DNA from: Octopus sinensis
Lineage: Eukaryota
Reading direction: 5' to 3'
Length of the DNA stretch: 64,000 bases
Assembly: GCF_006345805.1 (NCBI RefSeq)
Contig: NC_043015.1
Coordinates: 17,856,001 to 17,920,000, forward strand
In this document: piece by piece, positions 37,071-49,748 of the stretch
Numbering within the stretch: the first letter of the stretch is position 1
Layout: each line of letters begins with the position of its first letter
The notes under the pieces: model-generated
What the model was told of the DNA's origin: nothing
The model's input: the letters and a program-made list of their open reading frames with translations, nothing else
The model's database searches: none
Made by a program: the position numbers and the translations under genes

Positions 37071-39419
37071 CTGTATTTGCCAGCAGATTAAATGCACTTT
37101 TCTTATTTTTAAAAGTATCCAGAAATTGCCCTGTGTCTAAGGTGGCTGTATTACAGATGGGAGACCGAGTGCTGTAGGCTAGGGTAAGTTCCCTAGGCAC
37201 AAAAATTGTTGCTGATAATAAAATAATGAAAACAAGCCAAATTATTACAATATTGAAAACAAGTCAAATTATCACAAACTTACGAAAAATTGCTTACGAT
37301 ATGTTGGCAGTTATGAAAGAAGCTCACATCATTTCACCTACCTCCAACCTCAGCATACATAACTCACACCTGATATATCATCGTTCGTTTAACGTCCATT
37401 CTCCATGCTAGCATGGGTTTACATTATTTAATGACTGGGTAATCTTTAAGAAACATTTGTTTATTATCTAAATGAAAAATGCTCCTAGAAATTTGAAAGG
37501 AAAGTTAATAAACTTTCATCGACCTGACAGCTATTTGCAATGATCAGATCAGATGATGTCCAGGAGGCTTCACTTTTACAACAGTGCCTCTTCTTGTTGT
37601 GTTCCTTTCTTGATCATTCATTTGTGTTTGGCTCTTTAGTCTTTTTTTCCTTATTTTCCACATTGTGGCCTGTCATGGTAATGCAAAACATCACACCTAG
37701 TAATAGAAGTTTCACATCCTGTATAGCAATTCTTTTGCCCAAATTATAAACAACTATACAGTTGATCTGAGAGGAGGCAAGAGTTGGGGAACAGTTTCCA
37801 ATATTGTACCAGTAAGTTTATTTATGGCAAATTTCATGCAGAATCCAAACCCATGGCTGAAAAACAAAAAAGGCACTGTTATAACATCAAATTCAAACCA
37901 GATGTCATAGCATATGCAAAAGACCATGGTAATAGAGTAGCTGCTCAGTATTTTGGTCCACCACCAACTGAGAAAATGGTAAGGACTTGGAGGAAACAAG
38001 AGCAGCTGAAAGCTGCTAAACATAGCAAACACTGCCTCCATAGGGTAGTTGTAAAGTGGTCTGAACTAGTAGAATAATTAAAAACATGGGTTATATAGAC
38101 CAAAGAAAATTGGGCTTTTCATTATCCATTAAAATAATTATGTACAATTCAAGACAGAAATATCAATGATTTTAAGGGGACAACATCATGGTGTTTCAGA
38201 TTTATGAGGAAAAATAACCTCTATATGAAGGTTAGAACAAGAATAGCACAAAAAAAAAAGGTCCATGAATATGAAGATCAAATACTTAAGTTTCACAGGT
38301 ATGTCATTAATGGAAGAAAAGAAGTTCATTTTGAACATTCACAGGTAGCAAATATGGACGAAATCTCTGACATATGATGTACTCTCAAACAAGACAGTAG
38401 AATTCAAGGATTCTAACACTGTGGCCGTTAAAACATGTGGCACACTACATAGATGTATTAGCATGCTGCGCTGATGGCACAAAACTGCCACCTTTTTTTA
38501 ATTTTTAAAAGAAAGACATTGCCTAAAGAAAGGATACCCAGTGGCATTTATGTTCGTGTCCACCCAAAAGGTAAGAGGGACATGGAAGGAATGTCATTGT
38601 GGCTTGACAAAGTGTGGTCCAGGTGTCCTGGTGGGCTATTAAAGAAACCTGCCTTGTTAGATTGGGACCAGTTTGGGGCTCATAGAACTGAGATTGTTAA
38701 GAGGAAACTTGAAGACCCAGTTAGCTATAATTCCAGGAGGCCTAACCAGCCAGTTACAGCCTTTAGACGTTTCAATCAATAAACCATTTAAAGGATTCAT
38801 GCAGAAAGAGTGGAGCAAGTGGATGCAGTCTTCAGATTTTGAAGTGACACCAACAGGAAGAAAGAAGAGGCCTATTATTACACAGGTGTATGAGTGGATA
38901 AAAAGTTCATGGAACACTGTAAAAGAAGTGGTAATTGTGAAATCATTTTAAAATTGTTTGAAGTAGATAGTGAAGACCCAGATCCTATTGCAGAGAATTC
39001 CAATGATGAAGAGAGTACCGGTAATATGGATAGCAACAATGAGAATGAGTAACTGTAACTATCAATAGGAATTCATCACATTTATTCTACTTTGTGATTG
39101 GTTTGCATCAGTATATTTGCTTTTTGTTTGCATGTACCAGGATTCAATGTATATTTCTTTTTTGCTATGGCAAATTTAATTTAGTTTCCTTTAAAGACGA
39201 GTGTAAAGCTACACATGATTTCATACTTTATTCCAGTATATTTTTACAATATTGTATTTTATGCAAAGAATCATACAATTTTCCTTACAAGACCACTTCA
39301 AAATATCTTTCAATAAATGTATGATGAAACATACTAAGATTGTTTTTTTCCACAAAATATCTTTGTAAAATAGGGGTGTGTCTTAAGTGAGAGTATCTCC
39401 AGTGCACTGGTAAATACAG
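37071..39419 (+). mobile_element. Pogo/Tigger-like DNA transposon (POGK-type), decayed, with TIR remnants and TA TSD
   Basis: BrkDBD-like HCYNIKFKPDVIAYAKDHGNRVAA; DDE_1 IFKRKTLPKE and IPGGLTSQLQPLDVSINKPFK; ends TA|CTGTATTTGCCAG ... CTGGTAAATACAG|TA. Confidence 0.85.
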
Positions 39420-39616
39420 TATATATATAGATATATATATATATATATTAATTGATTAATTAATGATTTTTTGATTAATTCTGAAATTGTATCAGCAGTT
39501 TATATTTGCTGCTGAGTAGATGGCGTGGTTACGGTGGATTTTGAAAATTTAGAATATATAAACTCGAGGCTTCAATGGTGCTGCCTCGTGTGTATATATT
39601 TTCCTTTTCCTTGGCT

Positions 39617-39712
39617 ACTTTGCTGATGAGACAAGCCAATCGTAAACGGATTTAATTTAATTTAATTAAATTCGATTACGTAAAAACGTCGAAACTACGC
39701 ATAGTACAAAGT
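39617..39712 (+). ncRNA. Type I hammerhead ribozyme, canonical core, extended stem II
   Basis: ACTTTG CTGATGA GAC...GTC GAAA CTA cgca TAG TA CAAAGT. Stem I 6 bp, G10.1-C11.1, stem III 4 bp, GUA triplet; predicted cleavage after 39706. Confidence 0.85.
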
Positions 39713-39713
39713 T

Positions 39714-41690
39714 CATCATCATCATCATCATCATTTAACGTCCGCTTTCCATGCTAGCATGGGTTGGACGGTTCAACTGGGGTCTGGGGAGCCCGAAAGC
39801 TGCACCAGTCCAGTCAGATCTGGCAGTGTTTCTACAGCTGGATGCCCTTCCTAACGCCAACCACTCCGAGAGTGTAGTGGGTGATTTTATGTGCCACCGA
39901 CACAGGTGCCAGACGAGGCTGGCAGACGGCCACGCTCGGATGGTGTTTTTATGTGCCACCGACACAGGTGCCAGACGAGGCTGGCAGACGGCCACGCTCG
40001 GATGGTGTTTTTATGTGCCACCGACACAGGTGCCAGACGAGGCTGGCAGACGGCCACGCTCGGATGGTGTTTTTATGTGCCACCGACACAGGTGCCAGAT
40101 GAGGCTGGCAAACGGCCACGATCGGATGGTGCTTGTTACGTGCCCACAGCACGGAGGCCAGTCGATGCGGTACTGGCTACGGCCACGTTCGGATGGTTTT
40201 CTTATGTTCCACGTGCCACCGGCACTGGTACCACAAAGATACAAATTCCATTGATGTTCATCTATTTTGATTTGTTTTGATTTTCAGTTGCCTCAACAGG
40301 TCTTCACAAGTGTCACAAGAAGGAAGGTATGCACAGGTGGACTGACTACGTCCCAGGTAGGGGCCATGGGTTATGGCCTGACTAGTCTTGCCGGGTCTTC
40401 GGATGGTGTTTTTATGTGCCACCGACACAGGTCCTAGATGAGGCTGGCGAACGGCCACGATCGGATGGTGTTTGTCATGTGCCCACCGCACTGACTACAG
40501 CACTGATGGATTTCTTGTGTGCCACAGGCACTGGTACCACAAGATACAAATTCCATTGATGTTCATCTATTTTGTCTATTTTGATTTTGATTTTGATTTT
40601 GATTTTCACTTGCCTCAACCGGTCTTCACAAGTGTCACAAGAAGGAAGGTATGCACAGGTGGACTGACTAGTCTTGCCGGGTCTTCGGAAGGTGTTTTTA
40701 TGTGCCACCGACACAGGTGCCAGATGAGGCTGGCGAGCGGCCATGATCGGATGGTGTTTGTTACGTGCCCACAGCACGGAGGCCGGTCGATGCGGAACTG
40801 GCTACGGCCACGTTCGGATGGTTCTCTTGTGTGCCACCGGCACTGGTACCACAAAGTGTGTGCCACCGGCACTGGTACCACAAAGATACAGATTCCATTG
40901 ATGTTCATCTATTTTGATTTGTTTTGATTTTCACTTGCCTCAACAGGTCTTCACAAGTGTCACAAGAAGGAAGGTATGCACAGGTGACTACGTCCCAGGT
41001 AGGGGCCATGGGTTATGGCCTGACTAGTCTTGCCGGGTCTTCGGATGGTGTTTTTATGTGCCACCGACACAGGTGCTAGATGAGGCTGGCGAACGGCCAC
41101 GATCGGATGGTGTTTGTGATGTGCCCACAGCACGGAGGCCAGTCGATGCGGTACTGGCTACGGCCACTTTCGGATGGTTTTCTCTTGTGTGCCACCGGCA
41201 CTGGTACCACAAAGATACAAATTCCATTGATGTTCATCTATTTTGATTTGTTTTGATTTTGATTTTGATTTTGATTTTCACTTGCCTCAACAGGCCTTCA
41301 CAAGTATCACAAGGAGGAAGGTATGCACAGGTGGACTGACTACGTCCCAGGTAGGGGCCATGGTTTATGGCCTGACTAGTCTTGCCGGGTCTTCGGAAGG
41401 TGTTTTTATGTGCCACCGACACAGGTGCTAGATGAGGCAGGCGAACGGCCACGACCGGATGGTGTTTGTTATGTGCCCACAGCACGATGGCCAGTGATGC
41501 GGTACTGACTACGGCCATGTTCGGATGGATTCTTGTGTGCCACCGGCACTGGTACCACAAGCGGTACTGTTGCCTCAGCAGGTCTTCACAAGTGTCACAA
41601 GAAGGAAGGTATGCACAGGTGGATCGACTACGTCCCAGGTAGGGGCCACGGGATATGGCCTGACTAGTCCTGCCGGGTCCTCTCATGCAC
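39714..41690 (-). repeat. Compound tandem expansion of the RTE 3' UTR (62-bp units plus ~290-350-bp higher-order units)
   Basis: 62-bp period at 39891/39953/40015/40077; AAGAAGGAAGGTATGCAC-type block recurs five times (~40316, 40639, 40964, 41311, 41598). Confidence 0.9.
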
Positions 41691-42730
41691 AGCACACTTC
41701 CATAGGACTCGGTCTTCAGTCATTTCCTTGGTGAGACCTAAAGTTCGAAGGTCGTGCTTCACCACCTCGTCCCAGGTTTTCCTGGGTCTACCTCTTCCAC
41801 AGGTTCCCTCAACTGCTAGGGTGTAGCACTTTTGCACACAACTATCTTCAGCCATTCTCGTCACATGACCATACCAGCGCAGCCGTCTCTCTTGCACACC
41901 ACAACTGACACTTCTTAGGTTCAACTTTTCTCTCAAAGTACTTACACTCTGACGATTATGAACACTGACATTACACATCCATCGGAGCATACTGGCTTCA
42001 TTTCTTGCAAGCTTACGCATATCCTCAGCTGTCACGGCCCATGTTTCACTACCATGTAGCATGGCTGTACGTACACACGCATCATATAGTCTGCCTTTTA
42101 CTCTTAGCGAGAGGCCTTTTGTCACCAGCAGGGGTAAGAGCTCTCTAAACTTTGCCCAGGCTATTCTTACTCTAGCAGTTACACTTTCAGCACACCCACC
42201 CCCGCTACTGACTTGGTCTCCTAGGTAGCGGAAGCTATCAACTACTTCTAGTTTGTCTCCCTGGAATGTGGTAGAAGTTGGTCTCTGCACATTTCCAGTG
42301 TTTATTTCTCCTGAGCATCTGCCACAGACAAAAACTATTTTCTTAGTTAGCCTTCCTTTGACATTGCTGCACCTCTTATGTGTCCATAGCTTACACTTGG
42401 TGCACCATAGAGTTTCTACCTACACCTTTTTTACAGATCGAGCAGGGCCATCTACCTGAAGTCGTTTGTGGTTGGTCCACCTTCCTACTTATTAGGACTT
42501 TGGTTTTGGCTAGGTTGATTCTAAGGCCCTTCGATTCTAATCCTTGTTTCCACACCTGAAACTTCTCCTCCAGTTCTGATAGTGACTCAGCAATTAGAGC
42601 AAGGTCATCAGCATATAGGAGCTCCCAGGGGCATCCTGTCTTAAATTCTTCCGTTATTGCCTGGAGGACTATGATAAATAGGAGGGGGCTGAGGACTGAA
42701 CCTTGGTGGACCCCAACCTCTACCCGGAAT
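41691..42730 (-). mobile_element. 5'-truncated RTE LINE (RT C-terminal half)
   Basis: GVHQGSVLSPLLF, LLYADDLAL, WPCSICKKGVGRNS, FRYLG, RGRPRKTW. Confidence 0.92.
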
Positions 42731-42852
42731 AAGGAGATAAATGTTTTTATTTCTCCTTTAGTTTCAGAATTACTACTATTTTGCAGTTTGATTTTAGCTG
42801 CTCTTTCAAGTGAGTTGAAACGGCCTGTCAGGGTCATTCCTTAATACTATTG

Positions 42853-42906
<54 letters not shown>

Positions 42907-42994
42907 CAGATTTAGATAGAGTACAAAAATACACCAAACTAAGGAGAGAGGGCATGATATTTCAGGTCTGGCAGATTATCTCAAAAGGAACTGT

Positions 42995-43693
42995 ATCACT
43001 GGTCTGCGACATAATATGCCAATAGAATGAGTCTCTTTACTGATATGCTTTATTGTAACACACGTGAAAGAAAATTAAAATACAAATTAAAAGCAGCTCT
43101 AATAATGTAAACATTTATTGGTCACACATACATAGCATATGTGTCTTGTTCATATGCCAAAATTTGCTTTGGGATAGCATCCAGGGAAAGCTCCTTACAC
43201 CACGCCAAATGTTAAAGAGCATCAAATTGTTACAGATCAAGAGAGACAACTTGGCATCATATAGGGTGCTTTCTCTGGATGCTATCTTGAAGAAAATTTA
43301 GCATATGAACAAAACTCATATGCTATGTATGTGCAACCAATAATGTTTACATTATAAGGCAACAAGCTGGCAGAAACATTAGCATGCCGGATGAAATGCT
43401 TGGTGGTATTTCATCTGTCTTTGTGTTCTGAGTTCAAATTCCGCAGAGGTCAACTCTGCCTTTCATCCTTTCGGGGTCGATAAATCAAGTATTAGTTGCA
43501 TACTGGGGTTAATCTAATCGACTGGCCCCCTCCCCAAAAATTTCGAGCTTTGTGTCTACAGTAGAAAAGAATAATGTTTACATTATTAGAGATGCTTTTA
43601 ATTTGTAATTTAATTTTCTTTCACATGTGCTATGCCACAACATGTCAGCAAATAGATTTCACTCTATTTGAATACAAGTTGCAGACCAGTGAT
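42995..43693. repeat. Diverged fold-back element interrupted by a SINE
   Basis: ATCACTGGTCTGC...GCAGACCAGTGAT ends; a further partial arm at ~43780-43910. Confidence 0.7.
43356..43569 (+). mobile_element. tRNA-derived SINE with 17-bp TSD
   Basis: Same family as 4441-5921; TSD AATAATGTTTACATTAT at 43339-43355 and 43570-43586. Confidence 0.88.
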
Positions 43694-44499
43694 TCACTTT
43701 ATTTAGAGATGGTCTGAGTACATAAGCCATAATAATGATGAAATATCAGTATGTACCATTCTTGGTGATCCAAGGTGAGTTGTCTCACCTGGTTTGTGAC
43801 AACTTGAAGTTCTTTAACACTTGTTGTCATGTAGGGAGCTTTCCCTGGATGCTATCTTGCAAATTTGACATATAAACAAAACACATACACTATATATGTG
43901 CAACTGATAATATATGCATCATCATCATCATCCACATATATATAAAACAGAAATATACATACTCATGCAGAACATGCCTCCACAGGTGATCAGAATGCAC
44001 AAGATATTTTACATCTATGACTCACCTGTCAAAACATCATAGCAAGTAAATCAACTATTCACAATACCCTGACCTTTGTTCTTTACAAATCACCTTTGAT
44101 ACTTTTAAAGATTTTCAGTTTAGATAACTTTCTGTTATTTTGCTATTTCATGATGCCAGTACATTTTGATAGTCTTTTAATGTTTTTTTTTTATAAAATA
44201 CCCTTCCTCCTCTTCTTGTATGTACATATATACATATACATACACACATACCTAATAATATGTACAAGTGTTACAGAGTGGTGTTAAATCCTAAACAATT
44301 AAAATCAGTAATTCGGTTTCAATTCCAGTTGAATATTTTTAATTGCACACAAGATAATTAATGGTTTAATTAGAGAGAAAAGAGTAACATCTAAGACCCT
44401 CTTAGACCCTCTGAAGTGTGTGGGAGGGTGGGAAGATGTTATGCTTAGTCCAGAAATGCTTGCAACAGAATGGGCTTCCCTAATAAAACCCAGATGATG

Positions 44500-45292
44500 A
44501 ATTAAGTGTAACACCTGATAGTTTTTCACACAGTCTGGTTTGAGACTAAGAAGACTTTTGAAAACCAGAAGCAATGGTAACAAAAGCTGCTGAGCAGTGG
44601 GACTGAACTTAAAGCCAGGTAGTGGTGAAGCAAATGTCTTAACTACAGAGGATGAGCTTTGGCTTCTTTGCTTTGAGTCAGAGACAAAGAGACAATTCAG
44701 GCAGTGGAAACAGCCCTCCTCACCTACTCCAAAGAAGGCCCAGATTTTTTTCATCTGCAGGGAAAGCGATGACCTTGTTTTTTTGGGGGATGTAAAAGGC
44801 ATTGTATTTATTGACTATCTTCAAAAGAGCCACACCATCAATGAAGTACTATGCCAAATTGCTGAGATAGTTATCAAAAGGCTATCAAGACCAAATGCCT
44901 AGGAAACTGATGAAAGGGATCTTGCTTCATTAGGACAATGTTCCAGTACACAAATGCTAGGTTTCAATGGGTGCTGTGCATGATTGTAGCTTTGAACTGA
45001 TTGATTATCTTCCATATTCTCCTGATTTGGGTCCATCTGACTATCATCTGTTATCTAACATGAAAAATCACTTGGCTGGAAACCAGTATTGCAGTGAGGA
45101 TGATGTCTTGTCTGCAGTTGATATTTTTTGACCAACAAAATGAAAGCTTCTTCACCAATGGGATTCATGCACTGCAATACTGATGGAAGAAGTGTGCAGA
45201 CTGCAAGGAGAATTTTGTTGAAAACTAAACCTCCTTTGGTCACATTCGACGAGAGTATCTTGGTCAGCCTATGAACTTTTCATCTGACCCTC
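44500..45292 (+). mobile_element. Mariner transposase relic (irritans-like)
   Basis: VLTTEDELWLLCFESETKRQ, GIVFIDYLQK, LPYSPDLGPSDYHL. Confidence 0.82.
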
Positions 45293-45299
45293 ACAGACC

Positions 45300-46400
45300 A
45301 CACCAACAAAAGAAATCTAAAGATCACACCCATAAATCACAACCACAACACATAACTATAGAGCATACTAATAGATCACACACACTGATAACATCCAAAG
45401 ACCATGCATATGGATCAGATGAATAGATCATACCCATAGTTAAAATGTTAAAGATTAAAATTATTGATCACACCCAGATAACACCCGTAGATTATACCCA
45501 CCAGGTTCCACACACAGATTTCACACTCACATAACGCACACAGATGTCTTTCAACAGCCATTGCTCAAGCCTAGATTACACATCCAGAGACTACTCACAC
45601 AGATCACATCCATAGATCACACCTATAGATCTCACACACAGAGAATACATGCACTCATTACAAACATGAATCACATACACTCACACCTTTAGATCACACA
45701 AAGATCACATCCATAGATAATATATCACAAACACCAATCACATACAAAGGTTGCATCCACAGTTCACTCAAACACATCACCCCACAGATAATACTTATAG
45801 ATGAGACACACACATCAAACACATAGATCACCCCATAAATCAAACCTGTATATCAAGCACACATCACACCCATTGTTCACACCAATATTACACCTAAGTA
45901 TCACATAGATACAGATCACACCCATACACAGATTATACACACAACACAGATCAGAACTACAGAGCATACTCACACATCACACCCACAGACCATATCTATA
46001 GAATGCCACCACAGGTCACATACACAAATCCCACCTACAGATTATCCTCACAGGTCACAACCTTATTCCAGGTTCACTAATCACACCCACAGGCTACAAC
46101 CATAGATAACAACCACAGACTACCCCCATATAATATATCAACTGATCATACCCACATGCCATACCCATACATGGAATCCATAGATCAAACCCATTGATCA
46201 TACACACAGATCTTACACAGACATCCTAAGTATGGATAACATCAAGAGATCACACATAGATCTTACCCACAAATCCATCTCACAGTTCACATCCTTAGTT
46301 CACTCCCATAGATCATACACTTATAGATGACACCAACTGATCATATACATGATCACTCAGATTACACCCACACACATCAATAGGTAGTAAACAGCAGGTA
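45300..46400. repeat. Degenerate CA-rich low-complexity minisatellite (GATCACAC / CATAGAT motifs)
   Basis: Recurrent AGATCACAC(A/C)C words, strong strand asymmetry. Confidence 0.75.
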
Positions 46401-47950
46401 CACAAGTCATCTTGACTATAGCAGATATATTACTCTTCACCTATAAAGAGAGGCATACCAGTCTTCCACTTTATAAAGTATTATACAGGTGTCACCTTCT
46501 ATATAGCAGATACTCCAGTGAAACTCTAAATAAAGCAGATAGATCAGTTGTTACACCAGTCACCCAATATATAACAGATACATCATTATCACACAAACTA
46601 CAACTACACCAGTGTCAACATCTACATATAGCAGGTGCACTGTTTGTAACCCAGCAGATCACCAGATGTATGGTAGGTGCACAAGAGTCCTCTGTATATA
46701 ACAGGCATACTAGTGTCAACTTATATATATACTACGCACACTCAGTATACAACAGATACACTAGTAACATATTGCATAAAGCACATACACCAGCATCATT
46801 TTGAATAAAGTAGGTACACCAGTGTTACTCTGTATATACTAGGTACACCAATGTCACACTTCTAAAGATTGAACATCGATACCACCTGCATATACAATCA
46901 GTACACCAGTGTCACATGTACATAGCAGGTACACCAATGTTACCCTGTATATAGCTGACATACCATACATTTGTCACTATTTGTATATAGTAGGACCACC
47001 ATTGTATATAAAAGGCACATCTGTGTTATACTGTGAGTAGCAGATGGTTCAGTATAATGCAGGTACACAAGAACCATCCTGTATATAACATGTAGATCAG
47101 TATCAACTCACATATAGTGAATATTCCAAAGTCATCCAGTGTATAACATGTACATCAGTGTCACCCTACATATAGCATTTACATGTCATTCTGTATATAA
47201 CAATTGTCACCCTATATAAATAGTAAATACATTGGTACTCTCCTGTATACACTAGGTACACCAGTTGTCACCCTGTATACTTCATGTGCACCAGTTGTCA
47301 CTCTGTGTTGTATTTTAACCCTTTAGCATTTAAACTGGCCATATCTGGCCCAAATATTCTACCTGTTTAGTATTAAAACCAGCCAGACCCAAGTTCTCAC
47401 ACCTACCTTACAATCTCATTCTAAAAATAAACATTCACACCATTGAAATCTTGACGCTATGAGATAATGCATAATTAATTCAAAACAATTTGAATAAATA
47501 AGCATTACATTTGACAAAGTACTGTGAATGCAAAGGGGTTAAAGTCACCTTTTGTATATCAAACACCCCAGTATCACTGTATACAGCAGGTACATCAGTT
47601 TCAACCTGTATAGAAGTACATCAGTGTCACCCTGTATATACTAGGTGTACTGTGTCACTCTATATACAGCAGGTACACCAATGTCACCCTGAAAATGGGC
47701 ACATGAGTATTACCCTCTATATACTGAGTATACTAGTGTTACCCTGAATACAGCAGGTACACCAGTGTCACTCTTTACAAAGTAGGCACACACTGTATAT
47801 ACTAGGTACATCAGTGTAACTCTGTATACAGCAGATAAACCAGTGTCATCCTTCATAGCACTCAAGTGCCATCCTTTATAGCAGGTACATCAGGTACAAG
47901 AAGGTAACACGAATCTTGCTCTTTACATCATACGTACAACAGAGTCATCT
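46400..47950. repeat. Degenerate ~28-30-bp tandem satellite (CAGGTACACCAGTGTCACCCTGTATATA-like)
   Basis: Motif recurs head-to-tail many times with substitutions. Confidence 0.8.
47319..47538. mobile_element. piggyBac-type MITE with TTAA TSD
   Basis: TTAA|CCCTTTAGCATT ... AATGCAAAGGGG|TTAA. Confidence 0.75.
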
Positions 47951-48482
47951 CTCTTTCTAGGAGTTTGAAAACTACACAATGCTTTATATACATATATATA
48001 TGTATACACTAGCTTAAAAGCTAGCTCTTGCAGAGGGTTTGTGGCCCCAAACTACAGAGAACTAAATAACATGTCTATAATGACTATATTCCCTGGTGGT
48101 GTTTGGTCAGAGATTAAGGACAAATGAGAATTAATTCTGTAATGCAATCATTCTATTGTTCCAGTCCCAATTTGAATTCTAACTGTTGACCAATCTGTCC
48201 CTACGTTCTTTTCTTGATAAGCAAATGCTTTCTGATGTTATCTGACAAATGTCAACCAAGATGGCGTGAATCAGCCAAGCTTTACCTGCTAAAATAGCAA
48301 CCCAGATACTTTTAAATCAGGTCCCAATGCTGGATATTCAAGAACCAAATGAAGGGCAGATTTTCAATTCCGGGACCATCCTGATTCCAAAAAGTTATAA
48401 TGTAGAGTAAATGTAGACTGAGATACAGGGTCCCAGACGGACAGACAGAATTTCACTTTTATTATTATAGATATACAAGGTG

Positions 48483-48858
48483 GAGGCGCAATGGCCCAGT
48501 GGTTAGGGCAGCGGACTCGCGGTCGGAGGATCGCGGTTTCGATTCCCAAACCGGGCGTTGTGTGTGTTTATTGAGCGAAAACACCTAAAGCTCCACGAGG
48601 CTCTGGCAGGGGGTGGTGGCGACCCCTGTTGTACTCTTTCGCCTCAACTTTCTCTCACTTCCTGTTTCTGTTGTACCTGTATTTCAAAGGGCCGGCCTTG
48701 TCACTCTCTGTGTCACGCTGAATATCCCTGAGAACTACATTAAGGGTGCACGTGTCTGTGGAGTGCTCAGCCACTTACACGTTAATTTCACGAGCAGGCT
48801 GTTCCAATGATTCGGATCAACAGGAAACTTCATCGTCGTAACCGACGGAGTGCTTCCC
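48483..48858 (+). mobile_element. tRNA-derived SINE (third family)
   Basis: A box TGGCCCAGTGG and B box GGTTTCGATTCC in a tRNA-like head, followed by ~300 nt of unrelated body; no acceptor stem or CCA. Confidence 0.8.
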
Positions 48859-48861
48859 ATA

Positions 48862-49701
48862 TAAGGTGGAATCAAAATGTTCCTGGATTAGTTATGCTTA
48901 ATAAAATAACCTAAGTTTTTAGCATCATCTTCAAAATAGTTACCTTGTGCAGCAATACACTGGTCCCAGCATTCTTACCACTTTTGGAGTCCAGCCTCGA
49001 GGTAATTTTCCATAAGCAAGTTGAGGACCTTAGAATGGCAACCCTTGAGCTGAATTTTCATCTTGGGAAAAAGTTGGAAGTCCACAGGTGCTAAATCTGG
49101 TGGAAAGGACAGGTGCAGAAGTGACACTATGTTGTTTTGACAAAAAACTCATAAGTAGAGCTTGGTAACATGGTTGCCATGAAGAATCCAGTTCTTCATG
49201 CTCCACAGATCCTGTTGCTATCACCAAATATCCTTCCTTAAACGTTTCAAAATGTTGCAGTAGAACTCTCAATTGACAGTCTGGCCCTGAGGGACGAATT
49301 CTCAATGCACAGTATCACACATCTGGAAGTGATTCTCATGGCATGACTTCCAGATTGCTCATTGTCTTCCAGGGATGTTCTTTCACTTTTGAAGCACCTG
49401 TACCACTTGAAACATTACATACAACCCATTGTGTCATTGCTGTAAACCTGCTGAAAATGTCCCTGAAACAGACTTCTTAAGTTTAATGCAAACTTTCACA
49501 TGGGTTCTTTGTTCCTGTCCATGACAAAATCACAGACTACAGCATACACATGATCACAAAAACAAATTTCAAAACTTGTGAAGCAAACAGAACAATGTCA
49601 CTCAGCATACTGCCTCATGAAGGTCACTGCTAGCTCTCACTGCTCACACAACTATGTTGGTGTGCTACAGAACTAGTCTGGGAACATTTTCATACCACTT
49701 C

Positions 49702-49704
<3 letters not shown>
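48862..49704 (-). mobile_element. Internally deleted mariner element with TIRs
   Basis: TAAGGTGGAATCAAAATGTTCCTGGATTAG versus CTAGTCTGGGAACATTTTCATACCACTTCGTA; minus EFVPQGQTVN.EFYCNILKRL. Confidence 0.8.

Positions 49705-49748
<44 letters not shown>

Noticed and set aside
39885-40130. 62-bp repeats as a CRISPR array
   Set aside because: Units are head-to-tail identical with no unique spacers, they belong to the RTE 3' UTR, and there are no cas genes in this eukaryotic context.
46400-47950. ~29-bp repeats as CRISPR-like
   Set aside because: Degenerate contiguous tandem with no repeat-spacer alternation.
48483-48556. Functional tRNA gene
   Set aside because: A and B boxes are present, but there is no clean cloverleaf or acceptor stem and it continues into a SINE body.
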